Source of the DNA: an uncultured Gemmatimonadaceae bacterium
GTDB taxonomy: Bacteria; Gemmatimonadota; Gemmatimonadetes; Gemmatimonadales; Gemmatimonadaceae
Reading direction: 5' to 3'
Length of the DNA stretch: 64,000 nt
Assembly (NCBI GenBank): GCA_963751275.1
Contig: CAVVTZ010000009.1
Span: 664,848-728,847, forward strand
The notes under the pieces were generated by a model. That model was not told where the DNA came from. It saw only the letters and a list, made by a program, of their open reading frames with translations, and ran no database searches. Positions 58,619 through 64,000 of the stretch are shown in pieces (within the stretch, counting starts at the first letter, position 1; each line of letters opens with the position of its first letter). The position numbers and the translations under genes were made by a program.

Positions 58619-59170
58619 CGGTCTTCACGATCGGCCACAGCACGCGATCGATCGAAGAGTTCGTGGCCCTGCTCAAGCAGGTGGACGTCACGCTCCTCGT
58701 GGATGTGCGCTCGATCCCGCGCTCGCGCGCGGTGCCGCAATTCAACGGCGACACGCTGCCGGCGACGCTCGCGGAGCATGGGATCGAATACCGTCATCTC
58801 GCCGCACTCGGCGGCCGCCGCCATCACAAGAAGGGCGCGCCGCCGTTCGCGGAACACCTACTGGAAGGTGGACGCCTTCCGCAATTACGCGGACTACGCG
58901 GAGACGCCGGAATTCCGCGCCGGCCTCAGTGAATTGCGTGCACTCGCCGCGTCGCAGCGCACCGCCATCATGTGCGCCGAGGCGGTGTGGTGGCGCTGTC
59001 ACCGCCGCATCATCACCGACTACCTCCTCGCCGCCGGCGATCCCGTGCAGCACATTATGGGGCAGGGAAGCGTGGTGCCCGCGGAGATGACTCCCGGCGC
59101 TGAGCCGCTCCCGAACGGAACCATCCGTTATCCCGGCCCACCCGAACTTTCCCTGGGCAGCACCGAGTAG
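58615..59170 (+). CDS. DUF488 family protein (indel near 58850)
   Basis: FTIGHSTR, LVDVR, LGGRR, MCAEAVWWRCHR. Confidence 0.9.
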
Positions 59171-59211
59171 TTTCGCGTCCCGCGGCGCGTCCCGCGCCCC
59201 GCGTCCCGAAC
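59167..59211 (+). repeat. 45-bp direct repeat, left of nirK
   Basis: 43/45 identical to 60243-60287. Confidence 0.9.
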
Positions 59212-59222
59212 CAGGATCAAGC

Positions 59223-60240
59223 ATGAGCCCAACAATTCGCACGACACTCTGCCTCGCCACCGGGATCGCCGTGGCTTCATGCACCGCCCCCGCCAAGCCC
59301 CCCGCCGCCGCGCAGCAGACCCAGCCCCCCGCGACGACCCCGGCGAACGTCTCGCACGGCGAAGCCGCCGTCGGCAGCACCGTAACGCCCCCGCCCATCG
59401 ATCCGGTGGCGCCGGCGCCGAGCCATTCGACGTCTCGTGCGCGTGCGGCTCGAGGTCATGAACGCCAAGCTGACGCTGGATTCCGGCGTGATCTACGACG
59501 GCTGGACCTTCGACGGCCGCTCGCCCGGTCCGGTGATCCGCGCGACGCAGGGCGACACGATCGATTTCACGCTCGTGAACAAGGCGCCGATGCCGCACAG
59601 CATGGACTTCCACGCCGCCCAGATCGCGCCGAGCAAGTACTACACGAACGTGATGCCGAACGACTCCATCCATTATCGGTTCGTCGCGCTCGTGCCGGGG
59701 GCGTTCCTGTATCACTGCGGCACCGCGCCGGTGGCGGCGCACATCGCGAACGGGATGTTCGGCGCGCTGATCGTGGACCCGGCGCAGCCGCGGCCGGCGG
59801 CGAAGGAGTTCGTGTTCGTGCAGAGCGAGTTCTATACTACGCCGCTAGCGGCGGGGCAGACGGGCCCGCTGTCGCTCGACTGGGAGAAGGTGCTGAACCA
59901 GGCGCCCGATTACGTGGTGTTCAACGGCCGCGTGGCGCAGTACGCGAAGCACCCGATCAAGGTGCCGGTGGGCGGGTTGTTGCGGTTGTACGTCGTGAAC
60001 GCCGGCCCGAACCGGATCAGCTCATTCCACATTGTGGGCGCGATCTTCGAGCGCGCGTACTCGGACGGCAGCACGCCGAACCCACTGGAGGGCGTGCAGA
60101 CCGTGAACGTCCCCGTCGGCGGCAGCAGCATCTTCGAGGTGCGCCTCCACGAAGCGGGCACCTATCCCTTCGTGACGCACGCCTTCGCCGACGCCACGAA
60201 GGGCGCCGTGGGGATGTTCGAAGCCGAGGCGCCGCACTAA
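59223..60240 (+). CDS. nirK: Copper-containing nitrite reductase-like lipoprotein (indel near 59430)
   Basis: HSMDFH, YHCGTAPVAAHIANGM, SSFHIVG, YPFVTH: type 1/2 Cu ligands and catalytic Asp/His; lipobox VASC. Confidence 0.8.
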
Positions 60241-60242
60241 GC

Positions 60243-60287
60243 GTAGTGTCGCGTCCCGCGGCGCATCCCGCGCCCCGCGTCCCGAAC
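60243..60287 (+). repeat. 45-bp direct repeat, right of nirK
   Basis: 43/45 identical to 59167-59211. Confidence 0.9.
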
Positions 60288-60294
60288 ATGAGGA

Positions 60295-61759
60295 GTGCTT
60301 GGGCCTGACGCGCACGCACGGCACTCGAGCTCGTCGCGGCGCTCAGCTCTCGCGATCGCCGCGTGGGCATTGATCGCCGGTCTCGCGCGCCGCTCCTCGC
60401 GGCGCGCCTTGCGCCGCTTCAAGGCCCGCGTCAATCGCTTCAAGCTCACGCAGAAGAAGTTCATCCGCACCATGCTCCTCGCGGACTCCGCGATCGAGGT
60501 CGCGGTGAAGGCCCACGCCGCCGAACACGGCGAGCCCGAGGCGGCAACGTGGAAGCGCGTCGACCGGTACATCGACGAGATCGTGCCGCATTTCAACATC
60601 TTCGCCTACTACCGCGCCGGCTACGTCGCGAGCCGCACCGTGCTGAACTTCCTGTACAAGGTGAGCCTCGACTACGAGGATCTGCCGGCGCTCGATGCGC
60701 TGCCTGATGACTCGGTGGTCATCTATCTCATCAACCATCGCTCGAACGCGGACTACGTGCTGCTCGCGTACGTGCTCGCCGGCGACGTGTCCATCTCATA
60801 TGCGGTTGGCGAGTGGGCGCGCGCGTTCCCGCTGGAGTTCGTTTTCAAGAGTTTCGGGTCGTATTTCATCCGGCGGCGCTATCGCGAGCCGTTGTACCAC
60901 ACTGTGCTCGAGCGCTACGTGCAGCTGATCACGCGGAACGGCGTGACGCAGGGGATCTTCCCCGAGGGCGGCCTCACGCGCGACGGTCGCTTGCGGCAGG
61001 CGAAGATCGGCCTGCTCGACTACGCGCTGGGCGTCGCGAAGGATCCCGATGTCGCGAAGCGGATGGTGCTGATCCCGGTGGCGCTCAACTACGACCGCGT
61101 GCTGGAGGATCGCACGCTGATCCGCGAGTTGCGCGCGCAGGAGGGCGGGGAACGAGTGCACCGCGCGCGGCAGGCGAGCGAGGTGCTGCGATACATCGGC
61201 TGGAACATGACGCGCGCGTTGACGGGGCGGTGGAAGCGCTACGGCCGCGCGGCTGTGACCGTGGGCGCGCCAATGCGTATCGAGCCATGGCTCGCGCGGC
61301 ACACCGGCGTGCTGTCATTGCCGCGCGAGCAGCGTTTGCCCGTGGTGCAGGAGTTGTGCGACGAGGTGATGACCCGCATCGGCGCGATCGTGCCGGTGAC
61401 CGCCGTGGCGCTCGCCTGCGCCGCGATCCAGAGCTTCGACCGCGATTTCATCCCGCGCGCGGAACTGCTCGCGCGCATGGAGGAGATGCGCGACGTGCTC
61501 GTGGAGCTGAATGCGCGCGTGATTGCGCGCGGACCGTGATATTGCCGAGACCTTCGACCGCGCTTGGCGGATGCTGGAGATGCGGCGCATTCTCGCGGAG
61601 ACGGGCGGCGGCTTCTCCGTTCTGCCTGGGAGCCGCGAGCTGATCAGCTACTACGCGAACGGCATCGCGCACCTGCTTGGCCCATTCCAGTCCGGAGTCC
61701 GGGCGCGGGACGCTCTGCCCATGGAGCGTGCGACCGGAGCGGTAGTCGCGGTGCGCTGA
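60295..61759 (+). CDS. Glycerol-3-phosphate acyltransferase family protein (indel near 61530; start uncertain)
   Basis: NHRSNAD (Hx4D), YFIRR, FPEGG, NYDRVLED. Confidence 0.85.
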
Positions 61760-61832
61760 GCGCGATCGAATCGCCGCGGTCGCAATCGATCGATGATGGT
61801 GACGGCCGCGGACCGATGCTATGCATCACGGC

Positions 61833-62942
61833 ATGCCCTCCCCGCCGATGCTGATGGATGTGGTACGCGAGCGATTGCAGCTGCGCCGCGCGAGCCCGAA
61901 CACGATCGAGGCCTACACCGGCTGGATCCGCCGCTATGTGCGCTTCTACGCCGGCCGCCATCCGCGCTCGCTCGGCGAGGCCGAGGTGACCGCGTTCCTC
62001 TCTGACCTCGCGACCCGGCGGCGGGTGGCCGCGTCCACGCAGAACCAGGCGCTCGCCGCGCTGCTCTTCCTCTACCAGGAAGTGCTCGGCGTCCCGGTCG
62101 GGACGCTCAAGGATGTCGTGCGCGCGAAGCGGCCCGCGCGCCGGCCCACCGTGATGTCGCGCGAGGAAGTGCGCGCCGTGCTCGGCGCGATGGACGGCGC
62201 GCCGCGGTTGATCGCCATGCTAATGTACGGCGCCGGACTCCGGCTGCACGAGGCGTGTTCCCTGCGGGTGAAGGATCTCGACTTCGCGCGCGGCGAGATC
62301 ATCGTGCGCCACGGCAAGGGCGGCCGCGATCGGCTCAGCATGCTGCCGCGCATCGCGCTCGACCCGCTCCACGAGCATCTGATGCGCGTGCAGCGGCTGC
62401 ACCAGCGCGAGTTGGCGGCGCGGCGCGGCCACGTCGCGCTCCCCGACGCTTTCGCATCCAAGTCGCCGGCGGCCGCGCGAAGCTGGCCATGGCAGTGGGC
62501 GTTCCCCGCGACGCGCGGCTACCGCGACCCGGCGAGCGGCAACTGGGTCCGCCACCATCTGCATGACACCGTCGTCCAGCGCGCCGTCGTCGCCGCCGCG
62601 CACCGCGCTGGGCTGAGCAAGCGAGTGACCACCCACACCTTCCGCCATTCCTTCGCGACCCACCTGCTCGAGAACGGCTACGACATCCGGACCGTGCAGG
62701 AACTGCTTGGCCACAAGGACGTGAGCACCACCATGATCTACACCCATGTCCTGAACAAGGGCGCCCGCGGCGTGCGCAGCCCGGCCGACCTGCTCGACGG
62801 CTCGCCGCCGCTCGACGAGGGTCCCGCAACCGAACATCAGACCGGCATGGGCGCTATGCCGACCCGCTCCGACAGCATATTCCGTGGCCGCATCATCGAC
62901 GGCCGCGGACTCAAGTCACCGTGGCGCCACGGGATGCCGTGA
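61833..62942 (+). CDS. intI: Integron integrase
   Basis: STQNQAL, YGAGLR, GKGGRDR, integron-specific insert (VALPDAF...WQWAFP...RHHL), [18 protein letters not shown]. Confidence 0.95.
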   Translation: MPSPPMLMDVVRERLQLRRASPNTIEAYTGWIRRYVRFYAGRHPRSLGEAEVTAFLSDLATRRRVAASTQNQALAALLFLYQEVLGVPVGTLKDVVRAKRPARRPTVMSREEVRAVLGAMDGAPRLIAMLMYGAGLRLHEACSLRVKDLDFARGEIIVRHGKGGRDRLSMLPRIALDPLHEHLMRVQRLHQRELAARRGHVALPDAFASKSPAAARSWPWQWAFPATRGYRDPASGNWVRHHLHDTVVQRAVVAAAHRAGLSKRVTTHTFRHSFATHLLENGYDIRTVQELLGHKDVSTTMIYTHVLNKGARGVRSPADLLDGSPPLDEGPATEHQTGMGAMPTRSDSIFRGRIIDGRGLKSPWRHGMP

Positions 62943-63018
62943 GAAATCCCCAATCTGTCGAGTTGACTATGCTGACCGCTCGGTGCAGGGTATGGGGATG
63001 GAACTTGTACTTCACTCT

Positions 63019-63036
63019 GCATAATCCTCGTTAGGC
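63019..63036 (+). mobile_element. Putative attI core site
   Basis: GCATAAT-CCTC-GTTAGGC; GTTRRRY 4 bp before the cassette ATG and complementary to GCCTAAC at the cassette end. Confidence 0.6.
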
Positions 63037-63040
63037 GTCA

Positions 63041-63559
63041 ATGACCCTGCTCCGTACCAAACTGATGCTCCGTGAGGCCGAGCGCCTCGTGGCGGACGCT
63101 CAGTACCTTCGTGGCAAGGTCAATGCGGAGTCCAATGGCGCGTATCTGCTTGAGTTGCTTGCCCTTGAGATCCTGCTCAAGTGCTGCGTGCTGCTTGAAA
63201 CAGGATCGCTCGAGCACGGTCATGACTACGTCCACATCTTCCTTCGTCTTGAGTCGGGAGCGAGGCGGGCGATCGTTGACGCAGCAGCCCGGCGCATGGG
63301 GCCAATCGCCGACTATTCAGACGCGTACTGGTTGCTTGCTCTGTTCAGCTCAAACTTCGTTCGCACGCGGTATCCGTACGAAATTTACAAACCCGGACTG
63401 TCCGAGTCTGACTTCATTCGCTTGGGCACAGAGTGGATCGACCGCGGCGCGAAGATTGAAGAAGCGACTTTCGACTTTCGCCCCAACGAACTTTACGGCT
63501 TCATTCATGCACTTTCCCGCTTTCGCGTCTGCGCGCGCCGACGCCTAACCCGTCGTTAG
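63041..63559 (+). CDS. Gene cassette 1: HEPN-like protein
   Basis: ALEILLKC, GHDY..IF, RYPYE; visibly lower GC; a probable extra C near 63518 would place the true stop at TAA 63546-63548. Confidence 0.7.
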   Translation: MTLLRTKLMLREAERLVADAQYLRGKVNAESNGAYLLELLALEILLKCCVLLETGSLEHGHDYVHIFLRLESGARRAIVDAAARRMGPIADYSDAYWLLALFSSNFVRTRYPYEIYKPGLSESDFIRLGTEWIDRGAKIEEATFDFRPNELYGFIHALSRFRVCARRRLTRR

Positions 63560-63561
63560 GC
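63543..63561 (+). mobile_element. Collapsed 19-bp attC (R''-5 nt-R')
   Basis: GCCTAAC-CCGTC-GTTAGGC between two cassette ORFs. Confidence 0.7.
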
Positions 63562-63570
63562 GGTCACGTA

Positions 63571-64000
63571 ATGGGTCAGTGGCGGACGCGAATCACGCAA
63601 GCACTCGTCATATGCTCTCTCGTGGCGCCCAATGGAGCCACGGCACAGCAGGGCAGCTCGCCTCCCGACCGACCTGTGGGAATGGACTTGGCTGTCCAAG
63701 CGTGTCTCGATTCAGCTGTTGGTCCGCTGGTCGCCCAGGCTCGGAGATCGTTTCCGGGCTTCACGCAGAAACTTCAGGCAGGATTGCCGCAAGGCTACAC
63801 CCCTTCAGTCACAGTACGCCTCACGGACAACTCCGGGCATTTCGAGCAAGTCTTCGTCACTGTCGATTCCATCAGGCACGAGTCGATTTACGGTCGTATT
63901 ACCAGTCGCATCGAGCTCGTTCGCGACTACAAGTTCGGCCAACCGATTCGTGTTTCCGAATCCGAAATCCTCGACTGGACGATCTCGCGACCAGACGGCA
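63571..64000 (+). CDS. Gene cassette 2: secreted DUF2314/YegJ-like protein (partial)
   Basis: Manually translated open frame MGQWRTRITQALVICSL...EQVFV...ILDWTISRPDG; absent from the ORF track. Confidence 0.6.
   Translation, partial: MGQWRTRITQALVICSLVAPNGATAQQGSSPPDRPVGMDLAVQACLDSAVGPLVAQARRSFPGFTQKLQAGLPQGYTPSVTVRLTDNSGHFEQVFVTVDSIRHESIYGRITSRIELVRDYKFGQPIRVSESEILDWTISRPDG

Noticed and set aside
62943..63029. Pc cassette promoter
   Set aside because: TTGACT at 62963 has no good -10 at 17 bp, and CATAAT at 63020 has no good -35

Overview
High-GC bacterial chromosomal segment, most likely Gemmatimonadota (inferred from gene content and RpoB/RpoC insertions; not database-verified). About 1-39 kb is mostly housekeeping: folE, acyl-CoA ligase, an orphan ParA, ligA, nucleoside phosphorylase, MATE, gyrB-dciA-recF, glpK, an ABC exporter, cutA, uvrA, sdaAB/AA, a pspA operon and cysS. 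About 39.5-53.8 kb holds four tRNAs plus tuf-rpmG-secE-nusG-rplKAJL-rpoBC. After rpoC an accessory region follows: a PAS hybrid kinase, a CDGSH protein, a small heme-copper-oxidase-like membrane protein, DUF488, a nirK-type Cu nitrite reductase, an acyltransferase, and an integron whose integrase is co-oriented with its cassettes (a HEPN cassette with a 19-bp collapsed attC, then a DUF2314-like cassette). Many genes, including essential ones, carry single-base frameshifts that look like long-read indel errors. The most notable items are: (1) intergenic 7-nt-periodic repeats, including a long hairpin pair with a conserved loop but different inner stems, and 45-bp direct repeats that bracket nirK; (2) a candidate lipoprotein toxin / 4-TM immunity / degenerate ABC locus at 36-38 kb; (3) the inverted-type integron.
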